A stretch of DNA of 64,000 nt from Gemmatimonas sp. (GCA_965279375.1 OZ257156.1:1152001-1216000); one strand, 5' to 3'; positions 50,450 through 61,255 are shown, counted from the first letter of the stretch. Notes: a model not told the origin generated them from the sequence alone. Translations and numbers: made by a program.

Positions 50450-50540
50450 CACCCGCGCAACGCGGCAAGACTGGAGTTGTAAAGACGCGCGCAGCGGCTG
50501 ACCCATCGATGAACAAACCGACGAAGTGAAAACAGAGTAC

Positions 50541-50966
50541 GGGGCGATCGCCGGCCTATAAGCCGGGTTCTGTCGGTGCACTCACACGCGAGCGCGCTCG
50601 TACACCGGACGGTCATTCCTCTCGGCGTTCAGTCACCCGAACGCTCCAGCAGCCTACCCGCGGCTCGATGTCGTGAAACACCGTGGTCGAGACGGGCCGT
50701 CTCTCGCCGCTTATTTGGCCTTGCTCCGGCTGGGGTTTGCCTTGCCGCTGACGTTGCCGCCAACGCGGTGAGCTCTTACCCCACCGTTTCACCCTTACCG
50801 TTGCTTGCACAACGGCGGTTTGTTTTCTGTTGCACTGTCCGTCACCGGCAGCTCACGCCACCAGTGCCCAGGCATTACCTGGCAACCTGCCCTGTGGAGC
50901 CCGGACTTTCCTCGGCGGTTGCAGCTCGCGCTGCTCCCATCGCGACCGTCCGGCCGACGACCTCCC
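50541..50966 (-). ncRNA. rnpB: RNase P RNA, class A
   Basis: GAGGAAAGUCCGGGCUC, GUGCAACAGAAAAC, AAGGGUGAAACGGUGGGGUAAGAGCUCACC and ACAGAACCCGGCUUA motifs; ends pair as P1; TATATT at 50974-50979. Confidence 0.97.
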
Positions 50967-51159
50967 GTGCTGCAATATACCCCGCGTTGCACCAGCGCGT
51001 CCGCATCAACCTGTCAACGAAAGCCGAACACAAAAAGACGCCGTCGTGCTCGTCATCACGCACGTCCATGACATCGTGCTGACACGCATCGCTACTCTCA
51101 CCACGGGGATCCGGATCTCTCGAGCACACCTGCACGCTCCACCCTGTCGCGATGCATCC

Positions 51160-52173
51160 ATGACTCCAGATGCCGTACCGCCGCGCACACGACTCAGCGC
51201 ACGCACCACCACACACGCCGCCGACGGCGCTGTCGCCACCTTCCTCACGCCCGCCGAACGCCAACGGGTCGATGCAGCCGGCGAAGGCTGCTACCAGACA
51301 CTCCACCGCGAAAGTCTCGACGAACTCCTCGTCGATCTTCGCACACAACACGTCTCTGCCGTCCTCGTCTCCGTCGCACGCTACCAGCAACAGGACGCAC
51401 CGCAGATGGCACGCCTCGTTCGCGAATTCCCACGCGTACCCGCCGTCGCCCTCCTCACCGGCGCCGAACCGCGCACCACGCAATCCCTCCTCGCACTGGG
51501 CCAGCACGGCGTCCGCGCGCTCGTCGATGTCCGAGATCCGCGCGGATGGCGCGAGCTGCGTCACCTCGTCTCGGCCGAGCGCGGCGAATCCATCGAACGA
51601 CTCGCCATCGCACGCATCAGCGCCGACTTGCATGGCGCTCCGGCAGACTGCCTTCGCTTCTTGGAGCAGCTGTTCCTGAGCCCACCATCGCTCACCACGG
51701 TGCGACAGCTCGCACGCGAGATGGGAGTGCTCCCCAGCACCTTCATGAGCCGCTTCTTTCGCGCGAAGCTCCCCGCACCCAAGCGCTACCTCGCCATGGC
51801 CCGTCTCGTCCGCGCCGCACGCCTCTTCGAGAATCCTGGGCTCAGCATCTCACACGTCGCGTATCATCTCGACTACTCGTCGCCGCAAAGCTTCTCGCGA
51901 CACGTACACGCATTGCTCCAATGCACGGCCGTCGAATTCCGCCGCACCTTCGACGGCGAGGGCATGCTCGATCGCATGCGCCAGGATCTCGTCATTCCGT
52001 ATCGCGACGCCCTGCACGCCTTCGAACCGTTCACCGTGCCGCCATCATGGAGCATCGTCCGCGCTCGCAGCACCGATCGCCACCACAACGCACTCAACGA
52101 TGACGCCACGCCGACCGGGAATGCGGCCCGCCGCGTAGCGAAAGTCCAACTAGGCGGCAGCGCGGCGTCCTGA
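51160..52173 (+). CDS. AraC-family regulator with receiver-like N-terminal domain
   Basis: [10 protein letters not shown] and [20 protein letters not shown] double HTH. Confidence 0.85.
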   Translation: MTPDAVPPRTRLSARTTTHAADGAVATFLTPAERQRVDAAGEGCYQTLHRESLDELLVDLRTQHVSAVLVSVARYQQQDAPQMARLVREFPRVPAVALLTGAEPRTTQSLLALGQHGVRALVDVRDPRGWRELRHLVSAERGESIERLAIARISADLHGAPADCLRFLEQLFLSPPSLTTVRQLAREMGVLPSTFMSRFFRAKLPAPKRYLAMARLVRAARLFENPGLSISHVAYHLDYSSPQSFSRHVHALLQCTAVEFRRTFDGEGMLDRMRQDLVIPYRDALHAFEPFTVPPSWSIVRARSTDRHHNALNDDATPTGNAARRVAKVQLGGSAAS

Positions 52174-53919
52174 CGACGGTACTGCGTCAGCGACATGCGC
52201 CGCGCGTGCTGTGCCGTCGACTTGCGGCTCGTGCTGGTGAGGGATCGCCGCCGCCACCGGATACTCCGCGGTGTGACGCAGCACCAGCGCTCGCATGCGT
52301 GCCGCTGTTTGCGAGAGCTGCGACGCGCTGCGCGACAACTCATCGATACTCATACGCTGAGCCGCCGCCGCTTCAGCAGCGCTCGCCGCCGCATGCGCCG
52401 CACGATCGGCAGAGGAGTCGAGCGCTTCGAACGCACTGGTGACATTGCTCGAGAATTGCGCCTGCGACTGCGCCAACGACGCCACCGCATCGCTCTGCTC
52501 GGCGATGCGCGAAATACCATCCACCATCGCTCCCAATGCCGTCGTCGCGTCGCGCGCTATCGTTCCGGCACCAGCCACCTCGCGTGCCGTAACGTCCATC
52601 GAGGTGACCGCGCTGCTGACGTCGTCACGCACACGCTGCACCGTGGACGCAATCGTCTTGGCGGCGAGCGCGCTTTCCCCAGCCAGTTTGCGGATTTCGT
52701 CGGCGACGACGGCGAACCCAAGCCCGTGTTCGCCGGCGCGCGATGCTTCGATGGCCGCGTTGAGCGCGAGTAGATTCGTCTGGCGCGCAATGCGGGAAAC
52801 CGTCGCGATGAAATCGCCCACGCGTTCCGATGCGGGGGCGAGCAGACGGACTTGTTCCGCGGAGGCAGTCACGTCGGCACCCACACGTAGCAGCGCCTGC
52901 GCCGCGCGCTCGATCGCTTCGCGACTGGCCGAAGCGGACCGGTCCATCACCTGAGCTTCGGTGGCGGTGGCGTCGGCCTTTTCGCGCGTTAGCTCGGCCG
53001 TATCGCGCGCGCGGTAGCCCGCTTGCACGCCATTGCCGGCGCGAGAGCGCTGCTGAGCGATCTCATCGCGCAGCGCTTGTGCGCCCGACGCGACGTCACC
53101 GGCACGACGCTGCAGTTCACTCGCCGATCCGTAGACCTGCACCGCAACCGCAGCGAGTTCATCGGATTCCTGCTGCATCGTTTCGATGACCATGGTGAGA
53201 TCATCGAGCATGCGGTTGTAGCTGCGCTCGAGGAAACCCAGTTCGTCGTCGTGACGCGCGTCGGCGCGGGCGTGCAGATCGCCGCGCTCCACCTGGGCCA
53301 TGCGCTCACGGGTTCGGCGAATGCGCGTGATGAGGCGCGACGGCATTTGGATGACCTGCTGCGAGACCACGAGCAGGAGCACCGCGGCGAGCAACACCTG
53401 CGCCCACGGTGAGGCGTCGGCGGGGCGCGCGTAGGCAAAGCCCCAGCTGGCGACGAGAAAGCCGATCGTGGAGGCGAGCGTGGTGACGTAGCCGAGTGTG
53501 GGGCCGCGATCGAAGGAGTAGGGGACGATCGCGAGGATGTACATGAGCACCAGCACCGGCGATCCGAACAGGAACACCACGCCGCTGATGAGCAGCGTGT
53601 CGAAGACCGCAAACACGTAGCGTAGCCACCAGCGATACCAGTTCGGTCGCGCGCCGACTGCGGAGAGCACCCAGTTGGCGGCGATCGCCAGGCAAAAGAG
53701 CGAGACAACTGCGGCGAGCGAGACTTCGGCGAGTCCCAGCTGCATGCCGGCGATGAGCACGCCCGCAATGAAGATCGTGCTCCAAAAACGCCGTTGCGCC
53801 GCGACGCGGAATGTCGCGATGTCCTTGGCGCGCTCCTCCTCGAAGAGGGCGCGAATGGCGTCGATCGGGGTGCGGTGCGTCTGGGACACGTCGTCTGGGA
53901 TGGGAGAAGGGCTTCCCAT
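52150..53919 (-). CDS. Methyl-accepting chemotaxis protein
   Basis: Multi-TM N-terminus, HAMP domain (GDL...DELG), [37 protein letters not shown]. Confidence 0.95.
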   Translation of the reverse strand: MGSPSPIPDDVSQTHRTPIDAIRALFEEERAKDIATFRVAAQRRFWSTIFIAGVLIAGMQLGLAEVSLAAVVSLFCLAIAANWVLSAVGARPNWYRWWLRYVFAVFDTLLISGVVFLFGSPVLVLMYILAIVPYSFDRGPTLGYVTTLASTIGFLVASWGFAYARPADASPWAQVLLAAVLLLVVSQQVIQMPSRLITRIRRTRERMAQVERGDLHARADARHDDELGFLERSYNRMLDDLTMVIETMQQESDELAAVAVQVYGSASELQRRAGDVASGAQALRDEIAQQRSRAGNGVQAGYRARDTAELTREKADATATEAQVMDRSASASREAIERAAQALLRVGADVTASAEQVRLLAPASERVGDFIATVSRIARQTNLLALNAAIEASRAGEHGLGFAVVADEIRKLAGESALAAKTIASTVQRVRDDVSSAVTSMDVTAREVAGAGTIARDATTALGAMVDGISRIAEQSDAVASLAQSQAQFSSNVTSAFEALDSSADRAAHAAASAAEAAAAQRMSIDELSRSASQLSQTAARMRALVLRHTAEYPVAAAIPHQHEPQVDGTARAAHVADAVPSSGRRAAA

Positions 53920-53984
53920 GGAGACGCGCGAGTGGGGCGTCGCATAACGCCCCGAGACGACTACACCAGCAGCTAACTCAGCAG

Positions 53985-54572
53985 CTAGATCAGCAACTCG
54001 CTGGCCTTGACCAGACTGATGACCGAAAGGCCCGTGGCCTCGATCGCTTCGCGTCCGCCCTCTTCGCGGTCCACCAGGGCGAGGACGCCCTGCACCGTGC
54101 CGCCCGCGGCCTTGATCGCCTCGACCGCCTTGAGCGCGGAGCCGCCGGTGGTGATGACGTCTTCCACGACGATCACGCGGTCGCCGCTGACGAAGGGGCC
54201 TTCGATCAGCCGCCCGGTGCCGTGCTGCTTGGCTTCCTTCCGAACGGTAAAGGCCCGAACGAGTGCGCCCGTGCCACGTTCCTGCTCGAGCGCACTGGCG
54301 TGTGCGATGGCATAGCTGATCGGGTCAGCGCCGAGCGTAAGTCCTCCGACTGCATCGACTTGCCATCCGCTGGAACGGACGGCAGCGAGGCCTTCGCGAC
54401 CGATGAGGAGCTGTCCTTCGGGGCTCATCGTGGTGAGGCGGCAGTCCACATACAGCGTGGAGCGGCGTCCCGACGCGAGCACGAAGTCGCCGCGCTTGGC
54501 CGAGCGTTCGGAGAGGAGCGCGACGAGTCGGGCGTGCGGTGCAGCCGTGGCAGGAGCGGAATCAGCGGCCAA
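53985..54572 (-). CDS. pyrE: Orotate phosphoribosyltransferase
   Basis: [27 protein letters not shown] and VDREEGG motifs. Confidence 0.96.
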   Translation of the reverse strand: MAADSAPATAAPHARLVALLSERSAKRGDFVLASGRRSTLYVDCRLTTMSPEGQLLIGREGLAAVRSSGWQVDAVGGLTLGADPISYAIAHASALEQERGTGALVRAFTVRKEAKQHGTGRLIEGPFVSGDRVIVVEDVITTGGSALKAVEAIKAAGGTVQGVLALVDREEGGREAIEATGLSVISLVKASELLI

Positions 54573-55494
54573 ACAGTCCCTTCATCTTGCCGAAGATGCC
54601 GGACTTGCTCTCGGCGGCGGGCTCGGGGGCGGCAGGCGCGACCGGCGCGGCCAGAGCGGCTGCGGAGAACGCTTCGGAGAAGGCGCTGACCGAGGCGTAG
54701 CGGTCGGACGGCAGCTTGGAGAGCGCCCTCATGATCACCGCCTCGATCTGCGGTGCGAAGGTGAGCCCGGGCTTGGCCTTGTTGAGCGCCGTAGGCGGCT
54801 GGGTGAGCAGCTGCGAGAAGAGCTCGCGCGGCGACTTGCCTGTGTACGGGAGCGTGCCCGTGAGCAGGAAGTACGCGATCGTGGCGAGCGAGTACTGATC
54901 GGCGGCCGGTCCCACGAGTTCACCGGAGAGCGCTTCGGGGGCGACGTACATGAGCGTGCCCACGAAGAAGCCGGCGCGGGTGAGGCGCTGATCCGGAGCG
55001 GCATCGGTATCGGCGGCGATGCCGAAGTCGAGCAGCTTCACGTGATGCGTGGCCGGATCGTACATGACGTTTTCCGGCTTCAGGTCGCGATGGACGATGC
55101 CGGCATCGTGGGCGGCCTGCACCGCACCACAGATCTGCGACATGATGTCCGCGACTTCGCGCGAGGGCAGCGGGCCCGAGCGTTCGGCGTGCTTGTCGAG
55201 GATTTCACCCGACGCCCATTCGATCGCGAGGTAGTAGCGATCGCCATCCGACTGCCCGTAGTCTAGGGTGCGGATGATGTTGGGGTGTTGTACTCGTGCG
55301 CCAAACTGCGCCTCGCGCAGAAAGCGCGCGACGGCGGTCTTATCGTGCTGCAGCTTTTCGCGCAGCACTTTCAGGGCGACGGTACCATGCTGGGGGTGGT
55401 CTGCGCGGAAGACTGTCGACGTGCCCCCTTCGCCAACCTTTCCGCGGACCGTGTAGCCGGCCAGCGTTGTTCCGACTATCGTCTCGATGGGCAC
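54562..55494 (-). CDS. Hanks-type Ser/Thr protein kinase, cytoplasmic
   Basis: GEGGTSTV, VALK, HRDLKPEN, DFG, APE and DQYSL motifs; GTG 55494 is the likely start. Confidence 0.93.
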   Translation of the reverse strand: MPIETIVGTTLAGYTVRGKVGEGGTSTVFRADHPQHGTVALKVLREKLQHDKTAVARFLREAQFGARVQHPNIIRTLDYGQSDGDRYYLAIEWASGEILDKHAERSGPLPSREVADIMSQICGAVQAAHDAGIVHRDLKPENVMYDPATHHVKLLDFGIAADTDAAPDQRLTRAGFFVGTLMYVAPEALSGELVGPAADQYSLATIAYFLLTGTLPYTGKSPRELFSQLLTQPPTALNKAKPGLTFAPQIEAVIMRALSKLPSDRYASVSAFSEAFSAAALAAPVAPAAPEPAAESKSGIFGKMKGLFGR

Positions 55495-55711
55495 GAGGCG
55501 AACGTAACGCCGTTCGCTGCTCACGTGCAAGACAGTCGTGCGTAAATTCGGAATACCGTTGCGTTTGAACACGTCGTTGCTCAGTAGCTTGATCCAGTCG
55601 TGGAGCGAAACCGTCGGACCATCGACGCATGTCGGCGGTAGAATCGAGCGACGATCTTTGCGTTCCCTTTCCCAGCCGGGAGTCTCCCGCCGCATGCTTC
55701 AGCAGCATTCA

Positions 55712-57136
55712 ATGCCGCGCACCACTCGTTCAGGTGCGCTGCAGCTGCTCGCCACCGCCCTGGTTTCCACCGTTCTGCTCGCTGCGTGCGCGGGGAATCG
55801 ATCGGTCAACCAACCGGCGCCGCCCGCTGCGGGGCCCCGTGGGACGGGCGCACCCGGTGCGGCCATCGCTGGAGCCAACGCGGTCGCGGCCGACATGCAG
55901 CGACTCTACCGCAGCATGGGACTGTTGGCTGGCGCGGGATCGATCCCCTTCGTGTCGTCGGTGTCGTTCCTCCGCTCTCCCGTCGCCGACAGCACGCTCG
56001 TGCTCGTGGCGCTCTCCATGCCGTCGCGCGCGCTTGGTTTCGGTCGGGAAGGCGATCGTTACGCCGCCAACTACACGGTGCGCGTCGAAGTCCGGCAGGG
56101 CATGTCGGTGGTCCGGAACATCGAAGCCAACGAAACGGTGCGCGTGCCGACCTTCCGCGAAACCTCGCGGACCGACGAAAGCGTGATCTGGCAGCAGTTC
56201 CTCCGCCTTCGTCCCGGTCGCTACACACTGGGCGTGGCGGTCAAGGATCAGGCCAGCATCCGCAGCGCGTCAGAAGAAGTCTCCATCGTCGTGCCGTCGC
56301 TCGCCTCCGGCGCCATCGGCTCGCTGGTACCGGTTTACGAAGCGATCCCGCGCGCCACGGCGGACTCGCTACCGCGTCTCCTCGCGCGTCCGCGTGCGAC
56401 GGTGACGTTTGGCGTGGACTCGATCCTGCCGGTGTACATCGAAGCGATCGGCGCCGAGTCGCCGACGCGCGTGCATGCCCGTTTGATTGGTGAAGGCGAG
56501 CAGGTGATGTGGGAGAAGGACGTGGATCTCGTGGCACGCGGAGTGGCGCGCGACCTGACCATGGGCGTGCCGGTCGCCAACATGGGCATCGGGATTTCCA
56601 CGCTCGAGGTGAGTGCCGCCGGACGTGCCGACACGGCGCGTACGCGCATCTTCGTCAGCCTGGGCGACGACCTGCCGATCGCGACGTTCGACGAGATGCT
56701 TACGTATCTCCGCTACTTCACGACGGCCGATCGACTGAAGACGCTCAAGGACGCGTCGCCGACGCAGCGCGCCGTGGTCTGGTCGAATTTCCTGAAGAGC
56801 ACCGATCCGCTGCCAGGTACGGCGGAGCACGAAGGGCTGCGCGACTATTTTCAGCGCATTCGTGCCGCGAACGTGCGCTTTCGTGATGACGCGCAGGTGG
56901 GGTGGCTTTCCGATCGCGGCATCGCGTATGTGGGGTTGGGCGATCCGGACAACATCTTCGATTCCGGCGCCAACGATCCGAACGCGCGCGTGCGCCAACA
57001 GGTGTGGGAATATCGCGAGTGGCGTCTGCAACTCATCTTCATCGATCAGAGCGGCTTTGGCCGCTGGCGCTTGAGCGCGCAAAGCATGGCTGACCTGCAG
57101 AACGCGATCCGTCGCCGACTCGCTTCGCGTCCGTGA
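55712..57136 (+). CDS. GWxTD domain lipoprotein
   Basis: Lipobox LLAAC; YF.RI..AN..F...GWLSDRG.AY..LG.P motif. Confidence 0.85.
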   Translation: MPRTTRSGALQLLATALVSTVLLAACAGNRSVNQPAPPAAGPRGTGAPGAAIAGANAVAADMQRLYRSMGLLAGAGSIPFVSSVSFLRSPVADSTLVLVALSMPSRALGFGREGDRYAANYTVRVEVRQGMSVVRNIEANETVRVPTFRETSRTDESVIWQQFLRLRPGRYTLGVAVKDQASIRSASEEVSIVVPSLASGAIGSLVPVYEAIPRATADSLPRLLARPRATVTFGVDSILPVYIEAIGAESPTRVHARLIGEGEQVMWEKDVDLVARGVARDLTMGVPVANMGIGISTLEVSAAGRADTARTRIFVSLGDDLPIATFDEMLTYLRYFTTADRLKTLKDASPTQRAVVWSNFLKSTDPLPGTAEHEGLRDYFQRIRAANVRFRDDAQVGWLSDRGIAYVGLGDPDNIFDSGANDPNARVRQQVWEYREWRLQLIFIDQSGFGRWRLSAQSMADLQNAIRRRLASRP

Positions 57137-60135
57137 GTGACGTCACTCGCCCGGTCGCGCCACGTCTCTTCCTGATCGATGGCTACGCGCTGATCTACCG
57201 CGCGTTCTTTGCGCTGATGACGCGCCCGCTCAACACGAGCCGTGGCGAGAACACGTCGGCGGCGTGGGGTGTGGCGAACTTTTTGAAGCGGTTGCTGGCG
57301 ACGCACAAACCCGAGCTGATGGGGTGGGTGCATGACTCTGGCGCGACGTTCCGCGATGATCTGTATCCGGAATACAAGGCGACGCGCGAGAAGCTGACCG
57401 ACGAGCTGCAAGCCGATTTCGATCAGGGGCTGCGCCGTATCGAGCAGCTGCTCAAGGCGTACGATGTGCCTATTCTCGCCGTGCCGGGCTTTGAAGCGGA
57501 CGACGTCATCGGCACGCTCGCCAAGCTGGGTGTGAAAGCGGGCTACAACGTGGTGATCGTCTCCGGCGACAAGGATTTCCAGCAGCTCGTGCGCCCCGGC
57601 GTGTGGCTGCTCAATCCGGGGCGCGGCGGGCCGGCGAGCGTGGAGGAGTCGTGGGTGGGGATGGAGAACGCCAACGATCGATTGGGCGTCCCTCCCGAAC
57701 GCGTGATCGACTACCTCGCGATGGTTGGCGACTCGTCGGACAACGTGCCCGGCGTTAAGGGCATTGGTGAGAAGACCGCGATCGAGTTGATCAACCAGTT
57801 CGGTCCGCTCGAAGAGATTCTCGCACATGCTGCGGAATTGACGAAGAAGCGGCCGCGCGAAGCGTTGCTCGAACACGCCGACATGGCGCGGTTGTCCAAG
57901 CAGCTCGTCACTATTCGCGAAGACGTGCCGGTGGCGTTCGACACGAACGCGCTGCAGATGGGTCATCCCGACGTGCAGGCATTGCGCCATCTGTTCCTCG
58001 AGCTCGAGTTCAACTCGATGCTCAAGGACTTGGGTGGCAGCGCGTCGGATGCGACGCCTTCGTCTGCGAGCGTCGGTGCGAGTTCGGCGTCTGCTGAACA
58101 TGCAGCTGCCGCGGCATCATCGAGCGCGAGTGCTGGCGAGACGGATGCACCGGCGATGCCGGGCGCTTACGCGCGTCCCGATGCGCCGCCAGTGGTGGTG
58201 GGCGCGAGCGGCGTGGCGATGCTGGCCGATGCGACGTACACCACCGTAGACACGCTCGATGCGATGCACGCGCTGCTCACGCGCGTGCGCGAAGTGCCGT
58301 ACATCGCGATCGATACGGAAACGGTGAACGAGCCGGGCGCACCGCCGGGAGTGGACGCGATGCGTGCGCTGTTGGTGGGGATGTCGATCGCCGTAGCGCC
58401 GGGCGAGGCGTACTACCTGCCGTTCACGCACCGTTTGGACAACGGCGACGGTAACCTTGCGTTGCTGGCGGGTGATGCGGGGATTGCCGGGCGTCGGATC
58501 AGTGCGGGGCTCGACGCGCCGATGAATCTGCCCGCGTTTGCGTCAGATGACATCGCGCCGCTGCGCGCGATGCTGGAAGACGCATCGGTGCCCAAGATCG
58601 CGCAGAACGCCAAGTACGACATTCTGGTGCTGCGCACGGCGGGCGTGCGTCTCAAGGGTCTCGTATTCGACACCATGCTGGCGAGCTACGTGCTCGATCC
58701 AGGGCGTCGCTCGCACGGGCTCGATCTGTTGGCGCTCGAGTTTCTCGGTCACACGATGACGGCGTACGATCAGCTGTGCGGCAAGGGCCGTTCGCAGCTG
58801 CCGTTCGACGTCGTGCCAGTTGATGCAGCGCGCGACTACTCGTGTGAAGACGTGGACGTCACCATGCGACTCCGCGCGATCTTTGAGCCGAAGCTCGCCG
58901 AGTTTGATATGCTCGACCTGATGGCCAAGATCGAGACGCCGCTGGTGGATGTGCTTGCGGATATGGAGTGGGAAGGGATCGCGATCGATCTCGACTGGTT
59001 CATGTCGCTCAAGACGCGCTTTCAGGCGGAGCGCGAGAAGGTGGAGCAGGCGATCTATCTCGAAGCGGGCGAGGAGTTCAACATCAACTCCAATCCCAAG
59101 CTGCGCGTGATTCTGTTCGAGAAGCTGGGGCTGCCGATCAAGAAGAAGACGGCGACGGGTCCAAGCACCGACGCGAGTGTGCTGCAGGAGTTGGCAGAAG
59201 AAGGGCACACGCTGCCCACGCTGCTGATGGAGTATCGCGAGATCTTCAAGCTGGAAGGCACGTACATCGATGCGTTGCCCAAGCTCGTGCATCCGCGCGA
59301 TCATCGGTTGCACACGTCGTACGGACAAACTGTCGCCGCAACGGGTCGTCTTTCCAGCACCGATCCGAATCTCCAGAACATTCCCGTGCGTCGCGAACTC
59401 GGCCGCGAGATCCGTCGCGGCTTCGTGCCGCGCGCGGGATGGAGGCTGCTGTCGGCGGACTACTCGCAGATCGAGTTGCGTCTGCTCGCGCATCTCTCCG
59501 GCGATCCCGCGTTCGTGTCGGCGTTCAAGGCGGGCGGTGACATTCACAAGCAGACCGCGGCGATCATCTTTGGCGTGGACATCGCCGACGTGACGAGCGA
59601 GATGCGCGCGCGCGCCAAGACGATCAACTTCGCGACGATCTACGGGCAGGGTGCGTTCGCGCTCTCGCGTCAGCTCAAGATCAGCAACGCGGAAGCGAAG
59701 GCGTTCATCGAGACGTACTTCGAGCGCTTTGCCGGCGTGAAGGCGTTTCTCGAGAAGTGTGTGGTGGACGCGAAGGAGAAGGGGTATGTGGAAACGCTCT
59801 TCAAGCGGCGCCGCTACATCCCCGAGCTCAAGGATCGCAACCGCAACATCAAGGCGTTCGGCGAGCGCGTGGCCGCGAACGCCCCCATCCAGGGCTCGGC
59901 GGCGGATCTCATCAAGGTGGCGATGATCCGCATCCATGACGCGCTGGCCGCCGAGCATTTCCGTGCCCGCATGCTGCTGCAGGTGCACGACGAACTCATC
60001 TTCGAGTTGCCGCCGGAGGAAGAAGTGACACTCCGCGCGCTGGTGAAACGAGAGATGGAGGGGGCGGCAACGCTCGACGTGCCGCTGCTGGTGGAGATGG
60101 GCAGCGGCAACGATTGGGTGGCCGCGAAGTCCTAG
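57133..60135 (+). CDS. polA: DNA polymerase I
   Basis: LIDG, EADD, intact 3'-5' exonuclease motifs (DTET, QNAKYD, YSCED), TGRLSS.DPNLQNIP, DYSQIELR and QVHDE. Confidence 0.98.
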   Translation: MSDVTRPVAPRLFLIDGYALIYRAFFALMTRPLNTSRGENTSAAWGVANFLKRLLATHKPELMGWVHDSGATFRDDLYPEYKATREKLTDELQADFDQGLRRIEQLLKAYDVPILAVPGFEADDVIGTLAKLGVKAGYNVVIVSGDKDFQQLVRPGVWLLNPGRGGPASVEESWVGMENANDRLGVPPERVIDYLAMVGDSSDNVPGVKGIGEKTAIELINQFGPLEEILAHAAELTKKRPREALLEHADMARLSKQLVTIREDVPVAFDTNALQMGHPDVQALRHLFLELEFNSMLKDLGGSASDATPSSASVGASSASAEHAAAAASSSASAGETDAPAMPGAYARPDAPPVVVGASGVAMLADATYTTVDTLDAMHALLTRVREVPYIAIDTETVNEPGAPPGVDAMRALLVGMSIAVAPGEAYYLPFTHRLDNGDGNLALLAGDAGIAGRRISAGLDAPMNLPAFASDDIAPLRAMLEDASVPKIAQNAKYDILVLRTAGVRLKGLVFDTMLASYVLDPGRRSHGLDLLALEFLGHTMTAYDQLCGKGRSQLPFDVVPVDAARDYSCEDVDVTMRLRAIFEPKLAEFDMLDLMAKIETPLVDVLADMEWEGIAIDLDWFMSLKTRFQAEREKVEQAIYLEAGEEFNINSNPKLRVILFEKLGLPIKKKTATGPSTDASVLQELAEEGHTLPTLLMEYREIFKLEGTYIDALPKLVHPRDHRLHTSYGQTVAATGRLSSTDPNLQNIPVRRELGREIRRGFVPRAGWRLLSADYSQIELRLLAHLSGDPAFVSAFKAGGDIHKQTAAIIFGVDIADVTSEMRARAKTINFATIYGQGAFALSRQLKISNAEAKAFIETYFERFAGVKAFLEKCVVDAKEKGYVETLFKRRRYIPELKDRNRNIKAFGERVAANAPIQGSAADLIKVAMIRIHDALAAEHFRARMLLQVHDELIFELPPEEEVTLRALVKREMEGAATLDVPLLVEMGSGNDWVAAKS

Positions 60136-60293
60136 CGCGGGCAGCTGTTCGGTCGGGACGCCCGATTTTCCGTCGGTTCGGCCATGCAAGTTGCAAGAAA
60201 TCTGCGGCAGTGCAGCGGATTTTCCGGGGATGGCGCGCGGGTGCCGACTGCTAAGTCACTGTGCGACTGGCAGTTGGACGCGGCGAGCGGCCG

Positions 60294-60309
60294 CGGCATC
60301 GAGGTTGCC
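60294..60309 (+). promoter_or_regulatory. Putative sigma54 promoter of the pilin gene
   Basis: CGGCAT-CGAGG-TTGCC with GG-N10-GC spacing, about 90 bp upstream of the ATG. Confidence 0.65.
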
Positions 60310-60401
60310 TAGGATTGGATCCGAAGGCGTTGCCGGCAGGATTGGTCCGCGCACTGAGTGTGCGCGCGGCGACGCCAAGGCCGAACCTCTGAGGATTGCG
60401 T

Positions 60402-60791
60402 ATGCGTCGCACCCGTGTCGCCCAAGGCTTCACCCTCATCGAGCTGCTGATCGTCGTCGTCATCATCGGCATTCTGGCCGCGGTGGCCATCCCCAAATTC
60501 ACCACGACCAAGGGGAAGGCGCAGGTGACCGCCATGAAGAGCGATCTGAAGAACCTGACGTCGTCCGAAGAGGATTACTACTACAACAACTCGCAGTACA
60601 CGGCGGCGTTGGCTGCGATCAATTTTCAACCCTCCAAAGGCGTCAGCCTGACGATCACGGAGGCGACTCCGATCGGATGGTCCGCGCAGACGACGCATCC
60701 ACAGGCCACCCCGGTTACCTGTGCGGTGTTCTATGGTGGAGCGGCCGCGGTCGCACCGGCGACGGTGGAAGGGGTGGTGACGTGTCAGTGA
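60402..60791 (+). CDS. Type IV pilin
   Basis: Basic leader followed by G|FTLIELLIVVVIIGILAAVAIP. Confidence 0.93.
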   Translation: MRRTRVAQGFTLIELLIVVVIIGILAAVAIPKFTTTKGKAQVTAMKSDLKNLTSSEEDYYYNNSQYTAALAAINFQPSKGVSLTITEATPIGWSAQTTHPQATPVTCAVFYGGAAAVAPATVEGVVTCQ

Positions 60792-60815
60792 TCAACGTGA
60801 ACGCACGAAGGTTTC

Positions 60816-61217
60816 TTGGACGGATTCTGGGGCCGCGCGCTGCCGGCCATTGCCGATGATCGGGATGACGCACGACGACAGGCACGCCTGATCGAGGTCA
60901 ATCGCGCAGCCGGTGCGCGCGAGTTCGCGAAACGGCGCGAAGGGATGATCCACGCGATGGACGGCGGCCTGTGGCTACACCGTCACGTGTGGAAGGGGCA
61001 CGCGATGGTGCACATGGTCAGCACCGACAAGGAGCGCCTGCTTCGCTACGGTGCGGCGATCGGCATGCCGGCGCGTCGATTGCAGCACAAGCCGCTGCGC
61101 GATCCGCGCACGGAGATTCGCGTGGAGGCGTGGCATTGGGACCTGGGCGGTCCGGTGTTGCCCCCGCCGGACGACACACTGATCGTGATGGCGGGGGCGC
61201 GCGCCGAGGTTCGCTGA
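60816..61217 (+). CDS. Hypothetical protein, DUF4031-like
   Basis: HMVSTD.E.L....AIG...R.Q...HWD pattern; start uncertain. Confidence 0.55.
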   Translation: MDGFWGRALPAIADDRDDARRQARLIEVNRAAGAREFAKRREGMIHAMDGGLWLHRHVWKGHAMVHMVSTDKERLLRYGAAIGMPARRLQHKPLRDPRTEIRVEAWHWDLGGPVLPPPDDTLIVMAGARAEVR

Positions 61218-61255
61218 CGCGAGAGAATGCGCTCCGGAACGCGCTCTCGAATGCG

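Noticed and set aside
58543..60189. 548-aa ORF antisense to polA (and similar shadows at 23127, 38154 and 46653)
   Set aside because: Codon-bias shadows of well-supported genes.
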